Assembly: GCA_964549615.1 (NCBI GenBank)
Contig: CAZJVP010000075.1
Coordinates: 1-18,845, forward strand
DNA from: an uncultured Thermococci archaeon
Lineage (GTDB): Archaea > CAYQAE01 > CAYVLA01
DNA: 18,845 nt
Reading direction: 5' to 3'
A program made the position numbers and the translations under genes. Shown here in pieces: positions 8,460 through 17,100 of this stretch (positions are counted from its first letter, which is position 1; each line of letters starts with the position of its first letter). The notes beneath the pieces were generated by a model. That model had not been told where the DNA came from. It saw only the letters and a list, made by a program, of their open reading frames with translations, and did no database searches.

Positions 8460-9302
8460 CTAACCCACAATCCGCAGCGCAACGTCCAAGGACTTCGGGG
8501 AATGCGTCAGGGCACCCACCGAGATGACGTCAACTCCGGTTGCGGCAATCTCGCATACGTTATCCAAAGTTATGTTCCCGGATGCCTCGACCAGCACCTT
8601 CTCCCTCAGCCCCTCGCGCTCGAGAGCAGCCAAGGTCCGCTTCATCTCCGAGATCGGCATGTTGTCCAACATCACCACATCCACCCCGGCCCTGGCCGCG
8701 CGCAATGCATCCTCGCAGTTTCCAACCTCCACCTCGATCCTCTTCATGAAACTGGCACCGGATTTTGCCCTCTCGATGCAGACCAGGATGTCGCCCACCG
8801 CGGCGACGTGGTTGTTCTTGATCAGGATGGAGTCGTGAAGGGCAAGCCTGTGCGTGTCGCCTCCTGCAAGGGCCACGGCCCTCTTGTCAAACCACCTTAG
8901 CCCAGGCCCCGTCTTCCTGGTCGCTGCGATCCTGACGTTGGGATTCACTGCGCGTGCAACCTCCACGAACTCGGATGTCAGCGTCGCCACACCGCTCATC
9001 CTCGCGATCAGGTTAAGCAGGGTTCTCTCCACCATGAGGATGGATCGGTTTAGTCCCTTCATCCGCAGAATTGGACCCGGCGATGCCTTGGAGCCATCCT
9101 CGACCGCGTCCGTGACCTGGATCTCGTACATCTCTAGGAGTTCCCTTGCCTCGGCGATCCCCGCCACCACTCCGTCCTCGCGAAGGAAAACGACCGCCTC
9201 GGCCTGCCGCGGCTCGACCACGAGCTCCGTCGTCGTGTCGCCGAACGAAAGGTCTTCCTGCAAGAAGTATCTAAGCCTGTCCCTCAGCAATGGATCGACC
9301 AA
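8460..9302 (-). CDS. nadC: Quinolinate phosphoribosyltransferase (nicotinate-nucleotide pyrophosphorylase)
   Basis: Motifs ED...GD.TT, ERTLLN...RMSGVAT, ATRKT.PGLR, HR..L.D.ILIK.NH, EVEV, MLDNM, EASGNI, GVDVIS.GALTHS. Confidence 0.96.
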   Translation of the reverse strand: MVDPLLRDRLRYFLQEDLSFGDTTTELVVEPRQAEAVVFLREDGVVAGIAEARELLEMYEIQVTDAVEDGSKASPGPILRMKGLNRSILMVERTLLNLIARMSGVATLTSEFVEVARAVNPNVRIAATRKTGPGLRWFDKRAVALAGGDTHRLALHDSILIKNNHVAAVGDILVCIERAKSGASFMKRIEVEVGNCEDALRAARAGVDVVMLDNMPISEMKRTLAALEREGLREKVLVEASGNITLDNVCEIAATGVDVISVGALTHSPKSLDVALRIVG

Positions 9303-9306
9303 CCCC

Positions 9307-10284
9307 TCACCCCGTCAGGTCCAGCATCCGCTGCGTCACCCTTCTAACGCCCTCCGCAATCCTCCGTCTCACCTTGACCTCGTGGATTCCCCGCTCAAGG
9401 CTTAGCTCCAGCTTCCTCAGGTCGGTTTCCTGCATGCTCCGGCACAGCGCGTTGTCAAGAATCGGGTGGAAGGTCTTGGTCGGAAACCTCGCGGCGAGGG
9501 TCTGTGCCATGGTCGCCTCCGTTCCAATCACGAACTCCGTTGCACTGGACTCCAAGACCCTCTTCACCATGCCGCCCGTGCTGACCACGAAATCCGCCAG
9601 CCGGACAACTTCCGGGTCGCACTCCGGGTGAACGAGCACCTCGGCTTTGGGGTGGGCCGACCTCGCCCTCAACACGTGTTCGGGACGGATCATCTTGTGG
9701 ACGTAGCAGCAGCCGTCGGAGGGCATGGGAATGATCCTTTTTCCCGGGACCTTGCCCGACACGTATAGCCCGAGGTTCCTGTCCGGACCAAAGAGAATCT
9801 CCTCGGCATCTATCCTGGAGACTATCTCCACCGCGTTTGCCGACGTGCAGAGCACGTCTGCCTCCGCCTTCGCCTCCGCCAGGGAGTTTATGTAAAGCAC
9901 GACGGCCGCGTCCGGATGCTCTCTCTTCGCCCGCCTGACCTGTTCGGCCCTAAGCATCGCGGCCATGTCGCAGGTTGCCGTTAGGCTGGGGATGAGCACC
10001 TTCTTCCCTGGGTTCAACGCCGCCGCGCTCTCAGCCATGAAGTCGACCCCGCAGAAGACTATCTCCTCGAAGCCCGACGCCCTGGTTGCCGCAAGACAGA
10101 GTTCGAGGGAATCGCCGACATGGTCGGAAACTCTCTGCACCTCAACCTTCTGGTAGTTGTGGCAGAGCAGAAGCGCTGCCTTCTGCCTCTTGAGCTCCCT
10201 GATTCGCTCCGCAATCTCTGCATTGGATTCTGACGAAATGGGCTCTGCCAATGCGCTTCGTGAACTCAACTCGATCACCCTCAT
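9307..10284 (-). CDS. nadA: Quinolinate synthase A
   Basis: Motifs HNYQ, GDSLEL, FCGVDFMAESA, C.MA, YINS.AE.KA, CTSANA, FGPD.NLG, C.VH, VHPEC, STGGM, IGTE, C..M. Confidence 0.96.
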   Translation of the reverse strand: MRVIELSSRSALAEPISSESNAEIAERIRELKRQKAALLLCHNYQKVEVQRVSDHVGDSLELCLAATRASGFEEIVFCGVDFMAESAAALNPGKKVLIPSLTATCDMAAMLRAEQVRRAKREHPDAAVVLYINSLAEAKAEADVLCTSANAVEIVSRIDAEEILFGPDRNLGLYVSGKVPGKRIIPMPSDGCCYVHKMIRPEHVLRARSAHPKAEVLVHPECDPEVVRLADFVVSTGGMVKRVLESSATEFVIGTEATMAQTLAARFPTKTFHPILDNALCRSMQETDLRKLELSLERGIHEVKVRRRIAEGVRRVTQRMLDLTG

Positions 10285-11066
10285 GCACCCAGCGACAGGG
10301 CCTCGCCCATGCCCTGTATCGACCGGATCACGGACAGGGCGGCGAGGTAGCTTGTCTTTGGGTTATCGGGCGAGGGCACGTTGGAGACTGCGATCTTCAT
10401 CTCCCCGAACGCCCCGCGGGCTACCACTTCGTGGGTATTCAGCCTCGCGTCGGGGTCCGCGACCATCCTGACTTTGACGTTTGTGCCGGAGGCAATCGCC
10501 ACCGCGGCCGCCACATTTATGTTCTTGGGAAAGAGCCTCACGGCCTCCTGGGCATCTCCCTCAAAGATGATGGTCTTTCTGGTGATCTTGCCGGCTTCCA
10601 GGCTGCTTGGATTCTTGGTCGTCGTCAGGACCACGCTGTCAAGCCCCTTCACGGCGGCTGCCTTGAGCAGGTCCAAACCACCTATCGCGCCCGAGGGGAC
10701 CACGATCCTCAACCTGTTGGCCTTAGCAAGCGAGACGAGTCTCCTCCGAAAGCCCTCGTCAAGCAGGGCGCCCACGCTCAGGACGACCAAGTTCTTGCCA
10801 GCAGACAGGATTCTCTCCGCATACGCACGGACGGCCTCTATGGAAGCCGCCTCGACGATCAAGTCCGTCGGCGCGGCGATGAACTCCTCAAAGGTCTTCT
10901 TGCACAGATCCGGCTGACCCAACGCGCCCGCCAGTGCTTCCGCCCTTCTACGGTCAGCGTCGTACAGGGCCCCGATCTCCACCTCCAGCTGGCCCTGCAT
11001 TACGGCCCTCGTTATGAAGGTTCCGACATTCCCGCACCCGAGCAATCCGATGATCGTGCCAGACAC
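10281..11066 (-). CDS. nadX: L-aspartate dehydrogenase
   Basis: GCGNVG Rossmann motif, EAAS, SVGAL, PSGAIGGLD, FEG.A.EA..LFPKNINVAA, NTHE, NVPSPDNPKTSYLAALS; operon with nadA and nadC. Confidence 0.94.
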   Translation of the reverse strand: MSGTIIGLLGCGNVGTFITRAVMQGQLEVEIGALYDADRRRAEALAGALGQPDLCKKTFEEFIAAPTDLIVEAASIEAVRAYAERILSAGKNLVVLSVGALLDEGFRRRLVSLAKANRLRIVVPSGAIGGLDLLKAAAVKGLDSVVLTTTKNPSSLEAGKITRKTIIFEGDAQEAVRLFPKNINVAAAVAIASGTNVKVRMVADPDARLNTHEVVARGAFGEMKIAVSNVPSPDNPKTSYLAALSVIRSIQGMGEALSLGA

Positions 11067-11144
11067 TTCCGTTTATGCTCGGACCATCGATCGGCGGCTA
11101 TTAAGTGTCTTCGGTTTGGCTCAGCCGGCCCTAAAAGATCTACG

Positions 11145-11576
11145 CTAAGCACTCTTCGACTCGACAACCATGATCTTCTCAAGCAGCTCCATCAGGTCCA
11201 AGAGTACCCCCGTGTTGGAGCTGATGCTCGCCGTGTCCGCCTGATCGGCCAATCTCTTCGAGTACTCGGATATGCGTTGGAGAACCACCCTCTTCAGGTT
11301 CGCAACCGTCGCGTCCAAGGCCTCCGACCCCAGATCGACCCCAGCTCGCGGCCCGCCGGATGAAGGCCGGGCAGGGGCTTTGGCCTGGGGGGGCTCCGCC
11401 TTCGCCGTCTCTGGCGAGGGAGCGCTTTCCTCCTCCCATCCGCACTTGCCGCAGAAAGTTCGCCCCTGGAACTTGAAAAGAGGCGCATTGCATTCAGGGC
11501 AGCCCCTGTTCAGCATCTTACCCCCTTTCAACAGGATGTCTGCCATGTTCTTTATCTCCGCGTTCTTACCCTCCAA
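11145..11576 (-). CDS. UPF0148 / Sjogren's syndrome-scleroderma autoantigen p27-like Zn-ribbon protein
   Basis: K.MADILLKGGKML...CPEC.APLF......FCGKC; SD GGTGA at 11581-11585; divergent from UPF0147. Confidence 0.85.
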   Translation of the reverse strand: MEGKNAEIKNMADILLKGGKMLNRGCPECNAPLFKFQGRTFCGKCGWEEESAPSPETAKAEPPQAKAPARPSSGGPRAGVDLGSEALDATVANLKRVVLQRISEYSKRLADQADTASISSNTGVLLDLMELLEKIMVVESKSA

Positions 11577-11586
11577 ATTCTCACCG

Positions 11587-11623
11587 GAAAAGAGATTTAT
11601 AGCGCTGGCTTAAAGTTTTGTTC
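11587..11623. promoter_or_regulatory. Overlapping divergent BRE/TATA promoters
   Basis: Plus strand GAAAAGAGATTTATAG (11587-11602); minus strand GAACAAAACTTTAAG (11623-11609). Confidence 0.6.
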
Positions 11624-11637
11624 AGGAGGATTGTACC

Positions 11638-11895
11638 ATGGATATTGAGGAGAAGATAAATGCCGCTTCTCGAGTTCTTGAGCAGATCACGGAGGATACG
11701 TCCGTCCCAAGGAACATAAGGCGGGCCGCCAAGGAAGCGGTGGACTGGCTGCAAGACAGGAAGCACACCCCGGGCGTCAGGGCGAGCTCGGCTGTGAACA
11801 TTCTGGACGAGATCAGCGAAGACCCCAACATGCCCGTCCATACCAGGACCATGATCTGGAACGTCGTTAGCGAGCTTGAGGTAATTCAAGACTAG
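11638..11895 (+). CDS. UPF0147 family protein
   Basis: D.SVPRNIRRAA......L......PGVRA..A...LDEIS.DPNMP.H.RT.IW...S.LE; SD AGGAGG. Confidence 0.92.
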   Translation: MDIEEKINAASRVLEQITEDTSVPRNIRRAAKEAVDWLQDRKHTPGVRASSAVNILDEISEDPNMPVHTRTMIWNVVSELEVIQD

Positions 11896-12032
11896 GCCCT
11901 TCCGGATGCCCGCCACCGACCTTCAGGCGATCCTCGCCATCGCTCGGGTGAAGGCCGAACCGGCTTGCTTGCGCGCTAGGAGACGTCGGGGCACAAGGGC
12001 ACAAGGCTAACGTTTTCTCGATCTGCCCGTAC

Positions 12033-12116
12033 TCAGTAGATCACGTACTCGATGATGTACGCGACCATCGCGAAGACGAGTACCCAGTACGCGATGCTGA
12101 AATAGAGGAACCTCAA
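12033..12116 (-). CDS. Candidate 27-aa single-pass membrane microprotein
   Basis: TTG start gives MRFLYFSIAYWVLVFAMVAYIIEYVIY; preceded by SD-like AGGTGG and a BRE/TATA CAGAAAATATTTTTAAG at about 12151-12167; GC-rich third codon positions like the neighbouring genes. Confidence 0.5.
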   Translation of the reverse strand: MRFLYFSIAYWVLVFAMVAYIIEYVIY

Positions 12117-12228
12117 AGCCTTGCCACCTGCCCTCCCGGGCGCATTTCCGCTTAAAAATATTTTCTGGACGCCCTTTTGCCGCCGTGGGCAGCCTCTCGA
12201 GTTCCAGTTTTTCATTCCGCGGTCAATA

Positions 12229-12807
12229 TCACCTGCGTTTGACAATCCGGTAATGTAGCACGCTCTTTCCGTCCTCAACCGCATCCAGAATCGTCCCAGA
12301 CAGGTAGTAGAGCGCCGGATGAACCCTGTACTCGATCTGTTCGCCCTTCCTTGAGTCCTCCAAGATGAGAACCGGTCGACCCTCGGAGAGCTTGGACACC
12401 GGCGGATGAAGAGTTCGCCACAGCGCGTTTTTCTCCCTCGACCCTACAACCGGGTCCGAGGCCCTTGCTAACGAGCTCGCGCGGTTCAGGACAACCAAGC
12501 CAACGTCGGGCATCGAACCCGCGGACCGAAGGCCGCCTGCCAGCGACTCGACGTCCTCGAGATGGCTCAGCAGGATCCTCGAGGCCTCCCGCTCCGCAAG
12601 CTGAGATCTGTAGGCTTCGAAGGTGATGGTGCGATCGCAGTCCAACACGACGGCCCTCAGTCCCCTCCGCGCAGTCGCAATACAAGCTTCGACTGCTAGG
12701 TCGATGTTGGCCCGAGGGTGTCGACCCAGCAAGAGGAAGACCCCGCCACCTGCCATCAGCTGGGACACCTCACCTCGGGCCAGCAGCAGCCCCTCGTTCT
12801 GCGTCAT
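12229..12807 (-). CDS. Degenerate RecA/RadB-like P-loop fold protein (probably inactive ATPase)
   Basis: Start is ATG 12807 after GGAGG; the longer ORF-track start overlaps the tRNA. The strand/helix pattern GVFLLLG-RHPRANI-DLA...RGLRAVVLDCDRT...RILLS...VGLVVLNRAS...RPVLILE resembles RecA-family topology with degenerate Walker motifs. Confidence 0.5.
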   Translation of the reverse strand: MTQNEGLLLARGEVSQLMAGGGVFLLLGRHPRANIDLAVEACIATARRGLRAVVLDCDRTITFEAYRSQLAEREASRILLSHLEDVESLAGGLRSAGSMPDVGLVVLNRASSLARASDPVVGSREKNALWRTLHPPVSKLSEGRPVLILEDSRKGEQIEYRVHPALYYLSGTILDAVEDGKSVLHYRIVKRR

Positions 12808-12827
12808 GCCCTGCCTCCGAGAAGGGA

Positions 12828-12961
12828 TAGCCCGGTACGGATTTTCGGCCGGATTCTCCGGCATTCGAACCGCAGTCCGCGGATCTCCCCGAATCTGCTT
12901 CTCCAGAGTCCGCGATGCTTTCGTGGAGGGCGTGAACCCTTGACCACTACACCACCGGGCT
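12828..12961 (-). tRNA. tRNA-Gln(CTG) with three introns (12941-12921, 12902-12885, 12863-12842)
   Basis: Spliced sequence is AGCCCGG TG GTGT AGTGGTCAA GCAT C GCGGA CTCTGGA TCCGC GGAC TGCGG TTCGAAT CCGTA CCGGGCT A (73 nt, no encoded CCA). It has the A1-U72 pair typical of archaeal tRNA-Gln, and each intron forms a BHB-type motif. Confidence 0.93.
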
Positions 12962-12994
12962 ATGCTAGGGCACAACCACTTTGAGCGGTTTTCT

Positions 12995-13007
12995 CTTAAC
13001 TATTTCC
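12995..13007 (-). promoter_or_regulatory. Probable tRNA promoter
   Basis: Minus strand reads GGAAATAGTTAAG(A), about 35 nt upstream of tRNA position 1. Confidence 0.45.
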
Positions 13008-13099
13008 TGCCTTCGGCCCATCCACCACCCAAGTGTCCGAGGCCCCAAAGAAAGAGATAATAGGCCCACGGCGGTCGCGGGGGTCTTGGTGGTCGTGGT

Positions 13100-14125
13100 T
13101 TGACCAAGATGAAATGGGCTAATCTCGTTACCCCGACGAAGATCGTCATCGAGGAAACGGACATCCCTGAACCCAAGCCGGGCGAGATACAGGTGAAGGT
13201 GGCTGTCTGCGGCATCTGCGGGTCGGACGTCCATGCCTATGGCGGCAAACACCCGTTCGTGAAGACGCCCATAGTGCCGGGGCATGAGTTCTCCGGGACG
13301 GTTTCGGCCATCGGGGAGGGCGTCACCGGTTTTGCCATCAAGGACAGGGTCGTCGTCGAGCCATCGCTGACCTGTGGCAAGTGCTACAACTGCCGCAACG
13401 GCCTCTACAACATCTGCACAGAGCTCAAGGTGCTCGGCTGCCAAGCTCCCGGCGCCTTTGCGCAGTACATCTCGGTTCCGGCAAACAAGGTCTACAAGAT
13501 GCCTAGGCGGATGGACTTCGACGACGGAGCCTTCGTCGAACCGGCGGCCGTTGGAGTGCACGCAGTCAAGAAGAGCGAGATCAAGCTAGGGGACCGCGTC
13601 GTAATCCTTGGCGCAGGGGTCATAGGCTACATGATACTACAGGCCGCCCGGCTGGCAGGGGCCGGCGAGATCATCGTTGCGGGCCATCACGAGGAGAGGC
13701 TTGCTCTGGCCAAGAAACTCGGCGCCGACGTCACGTTCTTGGCAGGCGACACGGTGAAGTTCATCAGGGACACGTACGGCCCCGACGGAATCGACATAGT
13801 TTACGAGGCAGTCGGGGTCGGAACCACGATCAACCAGGCCATCGACATCGTTCGAAAGGGCGCTAAGGTCATCGTGGTAGGCGTCTTCGGCGAGCACCCG
13901 GCTACGAAGGTCGGACTGATCCAGGACAAGGAGATAGACATGCGGGGCAGCCTCATGTATGTGGGAACCGACTACCCCACGACGCTGAAGCTCATCTCCT
14001 CGGGCAAGATAAAGACCAAGCCCCTCATAAGTGCCAGGTTCCCGCTTGAGCGCGTCTCGGAGGCCTTCGACCTGATACGGCAGAAGAGGGCCGAGACGGT
14101 GAAGGTGCTCCTAGACATCCCCTAG
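13100..14125 (+). CDS. Zn-dependent medium-chain dehydrogenase (sorbitol/threonine dehydrogenase-like)
   Basis: GICGSDVH, PGHEFSG, structural Zn site CGKCYNC.....NIC, EP.AVGVH, GAGVIG. Start is TTG 13100 or ATG 13109. The substrate cannot be determined from sequence. Confidence 0.9.
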   Translation: MTKMKWANLVTPTKIVIEETDIPEPKPGEIQVKVAVCGICGSDVHAYGGKHPFVKTPIVPGHEFSGTVSAIGEGVTGFAIKDRVVVEPSLTCGKCYNCRNGLYNICTELKVLGCQAPGAFAQYISVPANKVYKMPRRMDFDDGAFVEPAAVGVHAVKKSEIKLGDRVVILGAGVIGYMILQAARLAGAGEIIVAGHHEERLALAKKLGADVTFLAGDTVKFIRDTYGPDGIDIVYEAVGVGTTINQAIDIVRKGAKVIVVGVFGEHPATKVGLIQDKEIDMRGSLMYVGTDYPTTLKLISSGKIKTKPLISARFPLERVSEAFDLIRQKRAETVKVLLDIP

Positions 14126-14132
14126 GAGCCTC

Positions 14133-17100
14133 TCATCTTCGTCGCAACGCCATTCGAAGGGAAAGAACGGCCAAGCAACCAACCAAGATCAGCCCCATGG
14201 CCAAGGGCAGGATCGTGGTGGGCGCCCTAACAGTGCCTATTGTACCTCCGGCCGGCCCCGGCTCCGCGGGCTCCGGCCCGAACTTTGAGGCGACCTCGCC
14301 GCTCACCACGAACTTCTGCCCAGCTGCCTCGGTGCGCACGTCCGGCTTGTAGTAGGAGTAGGCCCTGCTAGTTCCACCCAGGGCTCTTACCGGGAAAAGG
14401 GCCCTGATCTTGAAACCGATCCGCAACTCCCGGCCCCTCTCCAGGTCGTCGATGTAGAAGATCACCTTCCTGCCAGCCACCTCGACCCTCGTGGCAAGCC
14501 CCTGGGATACGACTTCGTCCAGGCTGGACTGAACCGGGGCAAAGCCCGTAGGCACCGCGATGTCCAGTATCGTCATCCCCGTCGAGTTGTACGGGCCGTC
14601 GTACCTGACCCTTACGTACACGTCCACTATGTCGTCGACCTCCGCGCTGGTCGTATTGTACTTGACCTCGAGCATGAACTCGGGATTCACGAACACCTCG
14701 CCGGGCACATTGAACCGCTTCGCCAGCTGGAACATCACTTTGCCCTCGCCAGCCATGACAAGCTCCAGCCTCTTTGCACCAGCAGGCATCTGCAACACCT
14801 GAAGCACGTCGAAGTTGTCCTCGGTGAGCTTGATCTTCGCGATGGTTGAGCCGTCGACCACCACATCGATCGTTGAGTTGATGTTCCTGGACTGCAACCT
14901 TGCAGCCGTCATGAGCGCCTTCATCGCCATGACGGTATCCTGGGTGCTGCAGAAGCCGCCAAGGGAGTTCCTTTGGCAAGCTATCCACCGAACGGCGGGC
15001 TCAGCCTCCGATCTCCCCGCCAGCATCAGTGCGAGAGCGGCATACGCGGTGGTCTCCACGGCGTTTGCCCTCTCCCTCCCTGGGGCCCAGTACATCCCGT
15101 TCTCATCAGTCTGCGCCAACGCCAGAAGCCTGAGCAAAGCGGCTTCGGCCTTGGGCGATCCAACCTTCTGTAGCAGAAGCGCGGTCAAGGCCAGGGAGTA
15201 GACGTCATCGGTGATCCCGTAGGCCTCAAGGTAGGACACCGCCCTTCTGAGCGAATCTTGGTTCCCCGAGCCATAGTCCGTCAGCGCGATGGCAACGAAC
15301 GCCGTCAAGGCGGATTTCGCCTCGGGCCGCAGGCCGCCCATCATCTCTTGGTGGCACACGAAGCCGAACGGGCTCCATGAGCCATTGGCGTTCTGGAGCG
15401 ACTCGATCCACGACGCGGCCTCCTTCAGCACGACCTCGTCAATGCTCAACACCTCCCTTGCCTCGCTGAAGACATCCAGGACGAAGGCCGTCAGCCACAG
15501 GCTGCCCTCCTTGTCGCTCTCGCCGAAGGCCGAGAAGGAGCCGTCCTTGCGGCGGAACGTGAGCTCCCTCTGGTAGCCGGTGATCAGGTACAGCTCGGCC
15601 TTCGCCCTCACCTCTGGCACAACTTGGTCCGTCGCGTCGAGGTACCTGAGTATCTCAAGGTCGGGCGCCATGAACATCATGTTCTGCTCTCCGCACCCGA
15701 AGGGCATCCCCAAGAGGTCCTCCATGCCGCTTATCGTCTGGCCGACGAGGCTGGGCGTGATGCTGAGCAATACCCGCCCGGAACCTTCGACGATCCCGTC
15801 CGGGAGGGAGAGGTCCAGACTCCTAGGCTCGGTCTGGGTTATGAACCCGTTCTCCACGATCTCCCTGGGCGTCCCCTCAGCCTCCACGAGGATGTCCCTT
15901 CTCACGGCATCGGCCCTCTCCGCGGTGCGCGCCGTGATCTCGATCTTGAACTGCCCGATCTTCTTGGGTTCGATCGTGAAGGCGACCGATGCAACCGAGT
16001 TGCCCGGCACAGCGACGATCTTCACCCTATCGTCAAGAAGCTGGAACCAGTCATCCTTCGTGATCTCAACCTGCACGGTCTGGCTCCTCTCAAGATAGTT
16101 GTAGATCTGCACGAGGACCGGGAACTGTTCGCCCCGGGTAACGGCGTAGGGCAGGTCCGGCTCGACGAAGAAGTCCTGGAAAACCTTGAGCGATGTCTCG
16201 ACCATCCCAATCCCTTCCGCGCTTGACGATACGGCGTGAAGCCTCCATGTCGTTATCGTGTCGGGGACGGTCAGCTGAACCGCGGCATGTCCGCTCCTGT
16301 CGGTCAGCAGAGACGGGTTCCAGTACCATGTCTCTGGGAAGAACTGTCTGACCCGTTGGACCTCCGCCAAGCCCTGTGCGCCGGAAGTTGGCTGGCTTGG
16401 CTGGCTTCCCTGGGCTTGGTCCGCTACCTCGACCAGTATCCATGGACCTCCTCCCTTTCCTCTGATAACCCACTCCGGCGTGCCCTGCGGGACGTTCACC
16501 GAGCTTGAAGCAATGACCTGGACGCCCGCCTCTTCGAATATCTCCTTCGCGCCCTTCGTCATGGGGCCCCACCAGAACATTTCGCCCTGCGGGTGGGCCT
16601 CGGCCTGCGGCTCCATGAAGATCTTCTCCAACTCATCGAAGATCTGCTTGAGGTTTAGCCTGCCTTCGTTCAACGCGTAGACCGATTCATCCACTATGGA
16701 GACCCCGATCATCGTGGCCACCCCCGCGCTTGACTTCAGGTCTAGAGTGACCGTACCTCCGGGCGCCGACGTCTCACTTGAGAATGAGGCCGAAAGACCA
16801 ACAGGGGGCTCCATGGCGACGTCGAAAGGCAGGGAGTCGGCAGAAACCTCCATGTTTGGGTTGAGCACATAGGCAACCAACTTGGCCTTTGGAACCATGG
16901 AGGGCGTCGCCGTGAAGGACACGTATCTGCCCGTTGTGAAGCCGGAGAAGACGGTCCTGCCACCGGCCACCACGTCGTAGTAGACCGTTCTCTTCGCGGT
17001 GCTCAGGACCTCGAAGGTCACCGTATCCCCGACCCTGACCTCGCCTCGGGAGATCTGTTTGATGTGGACGAAGTAACCGCCCGGCGAGTACACGCTTTGC

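Noticed and set aside
10251-11363. 370-aa plus-strand ORF
   Set aside because: It is antisense to nadX and UPF0148 and has no recognisable motifs; a shadow ORF typical of GC-rich DNA. The same applies to the other antisense ORFs such as 2973-3698 and 15624-16226.
11896-11945. SRP-like TCCGGAAGGG and fluoride riboswitch-like GCGATGG on the minus strand
   Set aside because: The SRP helix 8 CAGG/AGCA loop is missing and there is no room for a full SRP RNA; the remaining riboswitch consensus is absent and no gene starts downstream.
12808-12975. N-terminal extension of the 248-aa ORF
   Set aside because: It is read-through of the intron-containing tRNA gene; the real start is ATG 12807 with an SD.
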